The notes beneath the pieces are model-generated. The model had not been told where the DNA came from. It ran no database searches and saw only the letters and a program-made list of their open reading frames with translations. Shown one piece after another: positions 29,458 to 38,579 of a stretch of 64,000 nt of DNA. Positions within the stretch are counted from its first letter, which is position 1. Every line of letters starts with the position of its first letter. Source of the stretch: an uncultured bacterium (GTDB lineage Bacteria; Eisenbacteria; RBG-16-71-46; CAIMUX01; WJJG01). The stretch spans positions 973 to 64,972 of the forward strand of contig CAZDKK010000018.1 in assembly GCA_964506245.1 (NCBI GenBank), written 5' to 3'. Position numbers and translations under genes: made by a program.

Positions 29458-29949
29458 GGCCCTTCGCGTGCTGCACGCAGTGGCGGCGCCAGAGCCGTCG
29501 TTCTTGACAGACAACATAAGCCTATCCCCTTCGAGTTTCCCTTGCGCGGCGCCGGGGCAGGAGATGAAGCCGAATCATCACCTCGGCGCGACGGCGGAGG
29601 AGCTGTTGACGGTACCATCTCCGCCTGGGCGCGGCCAGGTCAAACGACCGGGAAAGTAGTGCTCGGCCCCCGGTTACCGCTGCCGGCTGGGAGCTGGTTA
29701 CCCGCTCTCATCCCATAAGTTTCGGCCGCTTCGGGCCCAAGGTTATCTCCGCTTTAAGGCGCGGGGGGGCAGTGGCGAAGGGGAACGGCAGGTCGGGCGG
29801 CCAGCCGGGCGGAGAAAGGAGAAGGGCCCCGACAGCCCCGGAACCATCGATCATGGTTCCCGGACCGCGGAGCCCTCTACCGGTTTGGATCTCCCAGGCA
29901 CTAGGCCCGGGTGGACCCAAGTCCTTCTAGCCAGTCGCGAAGACTGAAA

Positions 29950-30603
29950 CTAGAACATGGCCTTGATCTGGCCCCAGCTCTGCAGCTCGGTGGGCGACGG
30001 AGCGTCCACGGAGACAGCCATGCACCAGTTGCCGGGGTAGCCGATGGACTCCATCGTGCCCCAGGAGCTCAGCCCGCACGACGGAGCCTTGATCCAGGAC
30101 GTGCCAGCGCTCGAGCTCTGGTCGAGGCCCCAACGGATACCGACGTTGGTCTGCGGCTGATTCTGGCCAAAGAAGAACCAGGGGTCGGAGACCACGATGG
30201 CCGGGCTGATGGCAGCCGTGTGGTTGCCAGCCGACCAGGGCATGCCAGCCTGACGACCGAACTCAACACCGGGCGCAGCGAAACCCGTCCAGCACACAAA
30301 GCTGAGCGCATTGATGTTGGGGGAAACGCTCGTGTAGATGTTGTACATGTGGCTGGTGATGCAGAACGGAGGCGTCGTCGTCGCCGTCACACCAACTGCC
30401 ACATCGTTCGGACCGCCGGAGGTCCCGGTGGGATTCGAGCAACCGATCCCGCGCTCGGGAATCAGGTCGCCCTGATACAGCATCTCAGGCCGGATCTGCG
30501 GTCCGCTGTACGGAACGCCCGACTGGCCCACCAGCGAGTGATCGGCGCCAGCGACGCCGGCCAGACACAGGATGCTCAGAATCGCAATGAACCCTTTGGA
30601 CAT
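29950..30603 (-). CDS. Secreted Cys-rich hypothetical protein, paralogue 1, C-terminal PTELQSWGQIKAMF
   Basis: SD GAAGGAGG; signal peptide; high similarity to 31137..31793. Confidence 0.85.
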   Translation of the reverse strand: MSKGFIAILSILCLAGVAGADHSLVGQSGVPYSGPQIRPEMLYQGDLIPERGIGCSNPTGTSGGPNDVAVGVTATTTPPFCITSHMYNIYTSVSPNINALSFVCWTGFAAPGVEFGRQAGMPWSAGNHTAAISPAIVVSDPWFFFGQNQPQTNVGIRWGLDQSSSAGTSWIKAPSCGLSSWGTMESIGYPGNWCMAVSVDAPSPTELQSWGQIKAMF

Positions 30604-31136
30604 TGTGAAGCCTCCTTCAAGCTGTGGGTGCATTGAACCACCGCAGATGCCGTGTGTGCATCGGGCCTCAGCCGCGATGAACGCACCGTGCATCGACAGC
30701 GGTCATTCTAGGAGATGACACTCCGGATGCCTTTTCCGCCTGCGGAGCGAGATGGTCGCAAGCGCCTGCTCGCGGATGGGCCTGCTCCCGAAGAACCCGT
30801 CCACCGCAGTCTGCCTGACCCTACGTCCCACTCCTGAGCCAGGACTGATTCCTGAGGCATCACCTCCTGTCGGGTCTCCCGCAGTCGGGCCTGTCGACCG
30901 CAGGACACCCTTGAGGGAATTGTAGCAGATCGGGGTGGGCCGGTGACAAACTAAAACCGCCGGGTGCGGTGGCTCTTTCCAGCCGGTTGTGGAACGAAGA
31001 TTGGTGGTCCGGCTACTGTAAGTCATTATCCCGAAAAAAGATACAAGAAAGAAGGAGCGGGCGCCGCGTTCACGACAGGCAAGTCCAAGCGGGCCAGCGT
31101 TCGGTTGGGGGGCTTCACCAATCTTCGCACCACAAC

Positions 31137-31793
31137 CTAGCGGAAACGGGCCTTGATCGAGCCCCAGCTCTGCAGCTCGGTCGGTGTCGTCCCGCCGACG
31201 GAGACGGCCATGCACCAGTTGCCCGGAAACCCGATCGAGTCGAGCGTGACGAACTGGCTGACCCCGCAGGCCGAGGCGCGGATGAAGGACTTGCCGGCGC
31301 TCGAGCCTGAATCGACCCCCCACCGCAGGCCGACGTCGGTCTGCGGCTGGTCCTGGCCGAAGAAGAAGCGGCGCTCGCTCAACGTGATGGGCGGCGAAAT
31401 GGCGACCGTGTGGCTGCCCTGGGTCCACGGAATCCCAGCCTGTCGGCCGGCCTCGGCACCCGGTGCGACAGTACCCCTCCAGCACACGAAGCTGAGGGCC
31501 GTGATGTTGGGGGAAACCTGCGTATACAGGTTGTAGAAATGGCTGGTGATGTTGAACGGCGGGGTGATAGCCGCTGTGACGCAGACGGCAACGGCATTCG
31601 GGCCGCCGGTGGCCCCGCCCCCGGTGGAGCAACCGATGCCAAACTCGGGATCCAAGTCGCCCTGGTAGAGCATCGCGGACTGCGTCATGGGCCCGCGGGC
31701 CGCAACGCCGCTCCGACCGAACCACCCGGCGTCCGCACCCGCGATTGCGGCTGTGCACAGGATGCACAGGACGGCAATGACCCCCTTGGGCAT
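31137..31793 (-). CDS. Secreted Cys-rich hypothetical protein, paralogue 2, C-terminal PTELQSWGSIKARFR
   Basis: SD GGGGAGG; signal peptide; shares MLYQGDL.PE.GIGCS, GGPN.VAV, ALSFVCW, FFFGQ.QPQT.VG.RWG.D, G(Y/F)PGNWCMAVSV with paralogue 1. Confidence 0.85.
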   Translation of the reverse strand: MPKGVIAVLCILCTAAIAGADAGWFGRSGVAARGPMTQSAMLYQGDLDPEFGIGCSTGGGATGGPNAVAVCVTAAITPPFNITSHFYNLYTQVSPNITALSFVCWRGTVAPGAEAGRQAGIPWTQGSHTVAISPPITLSERRFFFGQDQPQTDVGLRWGVDSGSSAGKSFIRASACGVSQFVTLDSIGFPGNWCMAVSVGGTTPTELQSWGSIKARFR

Positions 31794-32021
31794 GGAAAGC
31801 CTCCCTCAGGCTCCTCGTCCATGGAACTACAGCCAGAAGCGTGTGCTATCGGCATTGTTATCGGCGCTGCGGATCCAGCGCTGAACCAGCACCGGGGGCC
31901 ACGACCTCCCCCGCGCCTGCTCCCTGGCTGGAAGCAGCCCCCGGCAGGGAACCCAACACAAGGCCCCGTGTTGCACCGGGTTGCCGGGTTGATGGTTTGG
32001 GCTGCGCCGAATGGACTGGTC

Positions 32022-32030
32022 TGGTATGAT
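32022..32030 (+). promoter_or_regulatory. Extended -10 sigma70-like promoter
   Basis: TGGTATGAT about 110 nt before the ATG at 32138. Confidence 0.35.
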
Positions 32031-32137
32031 ACCCGTCCAGCCGGAGAGCGGCAGACGGGGACACGGCGATTCGGACGAGCTGTGGGTAGACTGCAGCTCG
32101 TCTTCAGCATTCGCAGGAAACCGCTGGAGGAGAGAAC

Positions 32138-33010
32138 ATGAAGCGCTGGGGGCTCTCGATGTGGCTTGCCGTCGTGGCGGCTGGCCTTCTCACCCTTTCG
32201 ACCGCTGCTGCCGATGACGGGGCCGCTCAGGCCTATCGGGAAGGCGAAGCGCTGCTCCAGCAGGCTCGCTTTGAAGAAGCCTTGGCCTCGTACGACCGCG
32301 CCGCGCAGCTCGATGCCGCGCGCCAGGAGTACCGCGAGGCCGCAGCGATTCTGAAGCGCGTGGTGCAACTGCGCGATCAGCTCACGGACGAGCCGGACCC
32401 GGCGCAGTGGGAACGCGTCGCGCGCGCGCTGCGCGCCTACTACCGGGGCGAGGGGATCTTGACCGCATCGCTCGCGCTCGACCGCCAGATCCACGAGCGC
32501 CTGGGCACCGCCGAGAGCGCCGAGATGCTCGCCGACACGCAGCTCGAGCTCGGCCAGACCGCCGAGGCCCGTGCGCTGCTGGCCGGGCGCACTGACCTCG
32601 ATGCGCGGCCCGGGGCCCGCCTGCTGCTGGGCATCGCGCAAGCCCGCGCGGGAGCGACGGCCGAAGCGCGGGCCATCGCGCAGGGTGTGGCGCTGCCGGC
32701 CGACGCGAGCGCGGAGGACCGCGTGCGGGCCGCGCGGCTCCAGGCCATCGTCGGGGACCGGACGCAGGCGCTGGCCCTGTTGGCCGCCGCGTTCGAGGCC
32801 ACGCCGCCCAGTCAGCTCGAAGCGGCCCGGGCGCGCGTGAAGGCCTGCCCCGACTTTGCCGGGCTCAACGGAGGCGAGGAGTTCGCCAAGGTCCTGGCCA
32901 CGCAGTCGAAGGTGGCGGAGTCGGGCTGCGGCAAGGCAAAGACGTGCGGCGGCTGCCCCAATCGCACCGCGTGCAGCAGTGCCTCGGCCGCAACAGCCAA
33001 GCCGAAGTAG
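32138..33010 (+). CDS. Secreted TPR/helical-repeat protein with C-terminal Cys cluster
   Basis: Signal peptide; TPR-like AYREGEALLQQARFEEALASYDRAAQLD; tail CGKAKTCGGCPNRTAC. Confidence 0.75.
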   Translation: MKRWGLSMWLAVVAAGLLTLSTAAADDGAAQAYREGEALLQQARFEEALASYDRAAQLDAARQEYREAAAILKRVVQLRDQLTDEPDPAQWERVARALRAYYRGEGILTASLALDRQIHERLGTAESAEMLADTQLELGQTAEARALLAGRTDLDARPGARLLLGIAQARAGATAEARAIAQGVALPADASAEDRVRAARLQAIVGDRTQALALLAAAFEATPPSQLEAARARVKACPDFAGLNGGEEFAKVLATQSKVAESGCGKAKTCGGCPNRTACSSASAATAKPK

Positions 33011-33086
33011 CCGAGGGCTCAGCACCTCGGCCAGGACAATCGATCGGATCTAGCCCGCGGGCACCGTGCGCCCTGGCGGGAGGCGC

Positions 33087-34241
33087 ATGCGCAGATCGCT
33101 GCAATTCGGCTTCCTGGCGCTGACGTTGGTCGCCGTCTTCATCGTGCGCGGCAGCGCCGAGCGCTGGTGCCCGTTCGGCGGCCTCGAGGCGCTCCACACC
33201 TACGCCACCGAGGGCAATCTGCCCTGCTCGCTCGGCGTCTCCAACTTCTACGTCCTCGGCGCGGTCCTGCTGATGACCCTGATCCTGCGCCGGGCGTTCT
33301 GCGGGTACATCTGCCCCATTGGCACCGTGTCGGACTGGGTGCGCCAAATCGCCGGGCGCGCGGGGTTGCGCCCCGTGCGGGTGAGCGCGGGCTGGGATCG
33401 GTGGCTGTCGTTCCTGAAGTACCCGATCCTGGGGCTCCTCTTGTGGCTGACCTATCGGGCGGGCGAGCTCATCTTCCGCGGATTCGATCCCTGCTATGCG
33501 CTCATCAGCCGGCACGGCGAGGACATCACCGCGTGGGCCTATGTCGTCTCGGGCGCAATCCTGGTCGCGAGCCTGGTGGTGGTCCTGCCCTTCTGCCGCT
33601 GGCTGTGTCCGCTGGCGGCCGCGCTGCAGCCCTTCTCGCGCGTCGGCCTCGCCCGGGTGCGTCGCGACGAGGCGGCCTGCACCGACTGCGGGCGGTGTGC
33701 GGCGGCGTGCCCGATGCGGATCCCGGTGGATCGGGTCCGGGAGGTGACCGAGGCGCGCTGCACGGCCTGCCACTCGTGCGTCGATGCCTGCCCGGTCGTT
33801 CGCCCGCGCGCGCCGCTCGCGTGGGGCCCGCCCGCGCGCTGGGGACGCGCCTGGCCGCGCGGGATCCTGGCCGCCGTCCTCCTGGCGCTCGTCGGCGCAG
33901 CGGTGGCCGCGGCGCTGTTCAGCCCGATGCCGTCCTTCACCTACGAGCGCGGGGAACGCCCGGGCGCCGTCTCGACCTTGGACCTGCAGGTGGGTGACCT
34001 CACCTGCCGCGGTCGCGCGAACCTGCTGGTCTACTTCCTCGACCGCGATGACGAGCTGGCCCTGCCCGGCTACCTGAGACTCGAAGCCTGGCCCGCCCCT
34101 GGGAGCGGGCGGGCGCGCATCAGCTTCGATGCGACCCGCTGCGACGATGCGCGCGTGCGGCAGGCGATCACCGAGCCCTACTTCAACCTCGCGCAGAACC
34201 AGTGGCACGCATCGCCCTTCGTGATCGAGAGAGGGCGCTAG
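33087..34241 (+). CDS. NapH/MauN/YccM-like membrane 4Fe-4S protein with C-terminal HMA-like domain
   Basis: WCPFGG, FCGYICPIG, FCRWLCPL, CTDCGRCAAACP, CTACHSCVDACP; LDLQVGDLTCRG (HMA-like). Confidence 0.85.
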   Translation: MRRSLQFGFLALTLVAVFIVRGSAERWCPFGGLEALHTYATEGNLPCSLGVSNFYVLGAVLLMTLILRRAFCGYICPIGTVSDWVRQIAGRAGLRPVRVSAGWDRWLSFLKYPILGLLLWLTYRAGELIFRGFDPCYALISRHGEDITAWAYVVSGAILVASLVVVLPFCRWLCPLAAALQPFSRVGLARVRRDEAACTDCGRCAAACPMRIPVDRVREVTEARCTACHSCVDACPVVRPRAPLAWGPPARWGRAWPRGILAAVLLALVGAAVAAALFSPMPSFTYERGERPGAVSTLDLQVGDLTCRGRANLLVYFLDRDDELALPGYLRLEAWPAPGSGRARISFDATRCDDARVRQAITEPYFNLAQNQWHASPFVIERGR

Positions 34242-34999
34242 TCAGCCCGCGGCTTGCGCGCGCGGACGACCAATCGGCCCGCGCGCTGATCGTACGGCTC
34301 CCCGGCCAGGCTCCCGAAGACGTGCACATCCGCAAAGCCGCAGGAGCGCAAGAGCGCGGCCAGCTCTGTGCCGGTGTAGAGCCGGTGGCCGAAGCAGAAC
34401 TCCTCCTGGCGACCGTCACGGATGAGGATCCAGCGGTTGTCGATCCAGCCCCAGTCCGGCGCCAGCCGGCGCTCCTGGAGCAGGATGGACCCATCCTCTT
34501 CCTGATCCCACTGCCGTTCGCGGAAGATCCGCGCCAGGACCTCGCGCCCCATCAGCTCGAGCAGAATGGCGCCGCCCGGTTTGAGGGAGGCGAAGGCGTG
34601 CTCGAGCACAAGCCGGTCCTCCGCCGGATCCTCGAAGTACCCGAACGAGGTGAACATGCTGAGGACCGCGTCGAAGGCCTCGGCGCGCACGAAGCGGCGC
34701 ATGTCCTCGATGACAAGCTCCACGCTGAGGCCCTCCGCCTCGGCCTGCGCCCGGGCGCGGGAGACGTACTCCACCGTGCGATCGACGCCCGTCACCGCAT
34801 ACCCGCGGCGCGCCAACTCGAGGCTGTGGCGGCCGGGGCCGCAGCACAGGTCGAGCACGCGCGCGCCGGGTTGGAGCTCGAGCAGCGCGAGCAGCAGGTC
34901 CGTCTGCTCGGGCGTGATCGCCTGGCGCTGCTCGCCAAAGAAAACCGGCGCGAGCGCGCTCCAGAAACGGTCGTTCTCGAACCATGGCTTCGCATTCAT
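34238..34999 (-). CDS. Class I SAM-dependent methyltransferase
   Basis: VLDLCCGPGRHSLELARRGY.VTGVD, EDMRRF, FDAVLSMFTSFGYF, LKPGG. Confidence 0.92.
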   Translation of the reverse strand: MNAKPWFENDRFWSALAPVFFGEQRQAITPEQTDLLLALLELQPGARVLDLCCGPGRHSLELARRGYAVTGVDRTVEYVSRARAQAEAEGLSVELVIEDMRRFVRAEAFDAVLSMFTSFGYFEDPAEDRLVLEHAFASLKPGGAILLELMGREVLARIFRERQWDQEEDGSILLQERRLAPDWGWIDNRWILIRDGRQEEFCFGHRLYTGTELAALLRSCGFADVHVFGSLAGEPYDQRAGRLVVRARKPRAD

Positions 35000-35120
35000 A
35001 TCCCGGTTCCTCCTTCGTCCGGACTCCCGCGATGCAACGCTGTCGGATCGCCCCAGTTTGACCAGGCTTCGCCCTGGGGGGCAGCGCGTTTCACACCCGG
35101 ACCGCCGCGGGATGTTGGGA

Positions 35121-35150
35121 TTGAGGCCCGCCCCGCGCCGGTGCTACGAT
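35121..35150 (+). promoter_or_regulatory. sigma70-like promoter
   Basis: TTGAGG-N18-TACGAT with TG extension, 50 nt before the ATG at 35201. Confidence 0.4.
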
Positions 35151-35200
35151 GCCCGGCTCACGCACTCGACCTGCCCGGCGACGCGGGTGGATGAGGGCCC

Positions 35201-36832
35201 ATGGACGACGCAGAGCAGATCGCACCCCGACGCAGGGGATCCTCTCGCAGCGACGCGCCCGGGTCGACGTCGATCGAGTCACGCCTGCGCCACGCGCCGT
35301 ACTTCATCTTTCCCGACGGCTCCAATCGCGACGAGGTCTACGACCTGGGCCGGCTCTTCCTCGATCTCACCGTCGAGACCCTGGCCGGCGCCGGCCGCCG
35401 CCCGCTCCTGCCCCCCAACGGCTCGGCGCCCGAGGTCGACCGCGGCGGTCCCGTGCCCGCGGACTACCGCCCGCCGCGCGCGGGGCGCCCGGCGCAGGAA
35501 CTGGTCGAGCTCATCCGCGAACGGGTGCTCGACCGCGTCATGAACGTGGCCCACCCCGGGTACGTGGGTCACATGGACACCCTGCCCAGCGCGATCGGCG
35601 CGTTCTCCGAGATGCTCACCTCGGCCCTCAACAACAACATGCTCTGCTGGGAGATGTCGCCGGTCTTCACCGAGATGGAGGCACGCCTGCTCAACTGGGT
35701 GACGCGTGCGATCGGCTGGCCGGCCGCAGAGCCGGGCGATGCGGCGCCGGTGCCCACCGGCTTCCTGGTGAGCGGGGGCAGCCTCGCCAACCTCTCGGCC
35801 ATGCTGGCCGCGCGCAATGTGATGTGCGGCCCGGCCTTTCGCGAGCGGGGCCTCGGGGCCGCACCCGGTCCCCCGGTGATCCTCGCCTCCGAGGAGGTCC
35901 ACTACTCGCTCGACAAGATCGTCAACATCTTGGGTTTCGGCGCACAAGGCCTGGTGCGCGTGGAGACCGACGAGCAGCTACGCCTGAGGCCGGCTGCCCT
36001 GCAGGACGCGATCCGCCGCGTGCGGGCTCAAGGGCACTGGCCCTTCGCGGTCGTGGGCATTGCCGGCACAACCGTGACCGCCGCCGTCGATCCGCTGGAG
36101 GCCATCGGCCGGATCGCACGCGCCGAGGGTCTCTGGTACCACGTCGACGCGGCCTACGGTGGCTCGTTGCTCGTCTGCCCGCACGATCGCGGCGGCGATG
36201 CGCGCGCGCTGCTGCGGGGGATCGAGCTGGCCGACTCGGTCACCTTCAACCCGCAGAAGTGGCTCTTCGTGCCGAAGGTCTGTGCCGGCGTCTTCTTCCG
36301 CGACAGCCGGCGGATCTCCGACGCGGTGCGCCAGATGTTCCCCTACGGCGCTTTGGGCAACGGGGACGTGGCGGATCCGCGCCGCAACGTGGGTGAGTAC
36401 ACGATCCAGGGCACGCGGCACGTGGATGTGCTGAAACTCTGGCTCACCCTCGAGCACTTCGGCCTCGATCTGCTGGCCGAACTGATGACCGACTCGCTGG
36501 CGCGGGCGCGCACGCTCGCCGAACGCATCGTCCGCGAGCCCGAGCTCGAGCTCATGTCGCCCCCCCAGCTCAACATCGTCTGCTTCCGCTATCGGCCGGC
36601 GGGCCTCGACCCCGAGCGCGACGCGGCGGCCCTCGATCGGCTGCAGGTCGATCTGCACGCGGCCATGGGCGTGCGCGGGCCGGGGTGGATCTCGATCCCC
36701 CGCCACCGCGGCCGGCGCTGGCTGCGGATGGTGGTCCTCCACCCGCTGGCGCGCGCAACGCTCCTGGACCGGATTCTCGACGAGGTGCTCGCGCGCGGCC
36801 GCCAGGTCGCGTCGCGTGCGCGTCCCGCCTAG
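35201..36832 (+). CDS. Group II PLP-dependent amino-acid decarboxylase
   Basis: YVGHMD, LNNNML.WEMSP, GFLVSGGSLANL, HYSLDK, AGTTVT.AVDPL, YHVDAAYGG, DSVTFNPQKWLFVP (PLP-Lys). Confidence 0.92.
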   Translation: MDDAEQIAPRRRGSSRSDAPGSTSIESRLRHAPYFIFPDGSNRDEVYDLGRLFLDLTVETLAGAGRRPLLPPNGSAPEVDRGGPVPADYRPPRAGRPAQELVELIRERVLDRVMNVAHPGYVGHMDTLPSAIGAFSEMLTSALNNNMLCWEMSPVFTEMEARLLNWVTRAIGWPAAEPGDAAPVPTGFLVSGGSLANLSAMLAARNVMCGPAFRERGLGAAPGPPVILASEEVHYSLDKIVNILGFGAQGLVRVETDEQLRLRPAALQDAIRRVRAQGHWPFAVVGIAGTTVTAAVDPLEAIGRIARAEGLWYHVDAAYGGSLLVCPHDRGGDARALLRGIELADSVTFNPQKWLFVPKVCAGVFFRDSRRISDAVRQMFPYGALGNGDVADPRRNVGEYTIQGTRHVDVLKLWLTLEHFGLDLLAELMTDSLARARTLAERIVREPELELMSPPQLNIVCFRYRPAGLDPERDAAALDRLQVDLHAAMGVRGPGWISIPRHRGRRWLRMVVLHPLARATLLDRILDEVLARGRQVASRARPA

Positions 36833-36883
36833 CGGCGCGCGCGGGCCGGTCAGGATCGCTGCGACGGGTCGAGCCCGCGGGAC

Positions 36884-37702
36884 CTACCTCCGCTGGGTGC
36901 GGAACGCGTGCGCGGCGCTGACCAGCGAGGCAAAGAGCCGCCGGATGGGGAGCAGCGCCTGCAGGTCCTCGGGGTGGAACTGCACGCCGATCAGGTACCG
37001 CTCGTCGTGCGGATCGGCCGCCTCCACCGCCTCGATGATCCCGTCCGGCGCCCACGCCGACGCCGCCAGACCGTCCCCGAGCAGATCGATGGCCTGATGG
37101 TGGATGCTGTTGGTGGTGAGCGTCGTGCAGCCGAGGATGCGCGCCAGGCGGCTTTCGGGGGCGATCCGGATCTCATGCGCGGGGTGATCCCGCGGGGCGG
37201 GCGACTTGAAGTAGTGCTCGCCCGCCTCCGGCCGCTGGCTGGCGATGTCCTGGATGAGCGTTCCCCCCATGGCCACGTTCAGCACCTGGATCCCGCGGCA
37301 GATCGCCAACACGGGGACGCGCGTTGCGCGGATGAGATCGAGCAGGCCCATCTCCATGCGATCGCGCTCCGCGTCGGCGGGGCCGCACTGCGGGTGGCGC
37401 TCCTGGCCGAAGAAGGAGGGGTCGAGATCCCCGCCCCCCGTGAGGAGGATGCCGTCGAGCTCGAGCGGCGGGACGGCCGTCGGGGTCGCGGGATCGCGGA
37501 AGTAGAGCTGCACCTCCTCGGCGGCGCCGGGCGCGAGGGCCACGGGCACGCCGCCGGCGTGGCGCACGGCGGTGAAGTACGTGCGGTTCATGCCGTAGCG
37601 CGGCAGGTGATGGTCCTTCTCCGGCTCATCGAGCATCAGCGTCACGCCGATGCGCGGCCGCGCCCAGACCTGCGCGCGCTCCCCCGCTCCCGCTGAAACC
37701 AT
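36884..37702 (-). CDS. Gamma-glutamyl-gamma-aminobutyrate hydrolase family (peptidase C26, PuuD-like)
   Basis: GILLTGGGDLDP..FG, LAICRGIQVLNVAMGGTLIQD, NSIHHQAI, DGIIEAVE, GVQFHPE. Confidence 0.92.
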   Translation of the reverse strand: MVSAGAGERAQVWARPRIGVTLMLDEPEKDHHLPRYGMNRTYFTAVRHAGGVPVALAPGAAEEVQLYFRDPATPTAVPPLELDGILLTGGGDLDPSFFGQERHPQCGPADAERDRMEMGLLDLIRATRVPVLAICRGIQVLNVAMGGTLIQDIASQRPEAGEHYFKSPAPRDHPAHEIRIAPESRLARILGCTTLTTNSIHHQAIDLLGDGLAASAWAPDGIIEAVEAADPHDERYLIGVQFHPEDLQALLPIRRLFASLVSAAHAFRTQRR

Positions 37703-37928
37703 CTGCCTTCCCTCCTGGCTGGCCGCTCACCGAATCGGCCCGGCACGTCACCGGCGACCTGACCGGCCGCCTCGCGGCGCCCTGCCCCCGAAGATCGGTC
37801 CGGCCAGGGTAGACCATTCATGGCGGGTGCGCAAAGCGGCCACCGGGCTCATCATGGGCTGGATCCGGGACGAGGGATGGGGGTGAATAGCGGCGGGATG
37901 ATCGCGCTCACCCCGCAAGGAGGCCGAT

Positions 37929-38531
37929 ATGCAGTGCACACATGCTCCCGCGATGTGGCCCGCCCGCAGGCGCCGCTGGTTCCTGCCCGCCCTGTGGGGC
38001 GCCATGGCGCTGGTCATCGCGGGCGCGGGCTGCTCCCGCGTGGCCGTGGAAGCTACCGCGGACCCACGGGCGAACTTCTCGACCTACACGAGCTTCGCCT
38101 TCCTGCCCAAGGGCGGCGTGACCGGCCCCCCGCAGGACGTGCCGCGCCGGCTGCGCGCGACGCTTGACCCGCTCTACCATGCCTACGTGCAGGAGGCCGT
38201 GACCCGCGACCTCACCGCCAAGGGACTGGTGCTCGCGAAGGACCGCGACGAGGCCGATCTGCTGATCGCCTACCGAACGGTGGTCGGGGACCGCGTCGAT
38301 GTCTCCCCGCCCATCTACGGCGTCGGCTGGCGTGGCTACGTCCACGTGGCTGAGCCGGGATATGTGCACTGGTACAAGGAAGGCACCCTGGTGATCGAGT
38401 TCATCGACCGCCAGGGCGAGTACCTGGTTTGGCGCGGTGTCGGCGTGGGCGCGATGCGCGACATGCGCCCGGGCGAGGATCTGATGGCCGCGGTCGGGGA
38501 AATCCTGGCGCAATTCCCGCCCGCGCAGTAG
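37929..38531 (+). CDS. DUF4136-like lipoprotein
   Basis: SD AAGGAGG; lipobox AG-C; DPRANFSTYTSFAF, ADLLIAY, YKEGTLVIEFID....LVWRG. Confidence 0.85.
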   Translation: MQCTHAPAMWPARRRRWFLPALWGAMALVIAGAGCSRVAVEATADPRANFSTYTSFAFLPKGGVTGPPQDVPRRLRATLDPLYHAYVQEAVTRDLTAKGLVLAKDRDEADLLIAYRTVVGDRVDVSPPIYGVGWRGYVHVAEPGYVHWYKEGTLVIEFIDRQGEYLVWRGVGVGAMRDMRPGEDLMAAVGEILAQFPPAQ

Positions 38532-38576
38532 CCCTCTGCGCAGAGGCCCCCCGCGCAGTAGCCTTCTGCGAGAGGC
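38521..38576. repeat. 30-bp-period tandem duplication containing a stop codon and a palindrome
   Basis: CCGCGCAGTAGCCCTCTGCGCAGAGGC (38521-38547) vs CCGCGCAGTAGCCTTCTGCGAGAGGC (38551-38576). Confidence 0.8.
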
Positions 38577-38579
38577 TCG

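Noticed and set aside
29520-29950. sigma54 or sigma70 promoter for the lipoprotein/selenoprotein operon
   Set aside because: Candidate hexamers and GG/GC pairs have the wrong spacing (TGGTACCGTCAACAGC is GG-N11-GC). Only a hairpin at 29840-29860 is evident.
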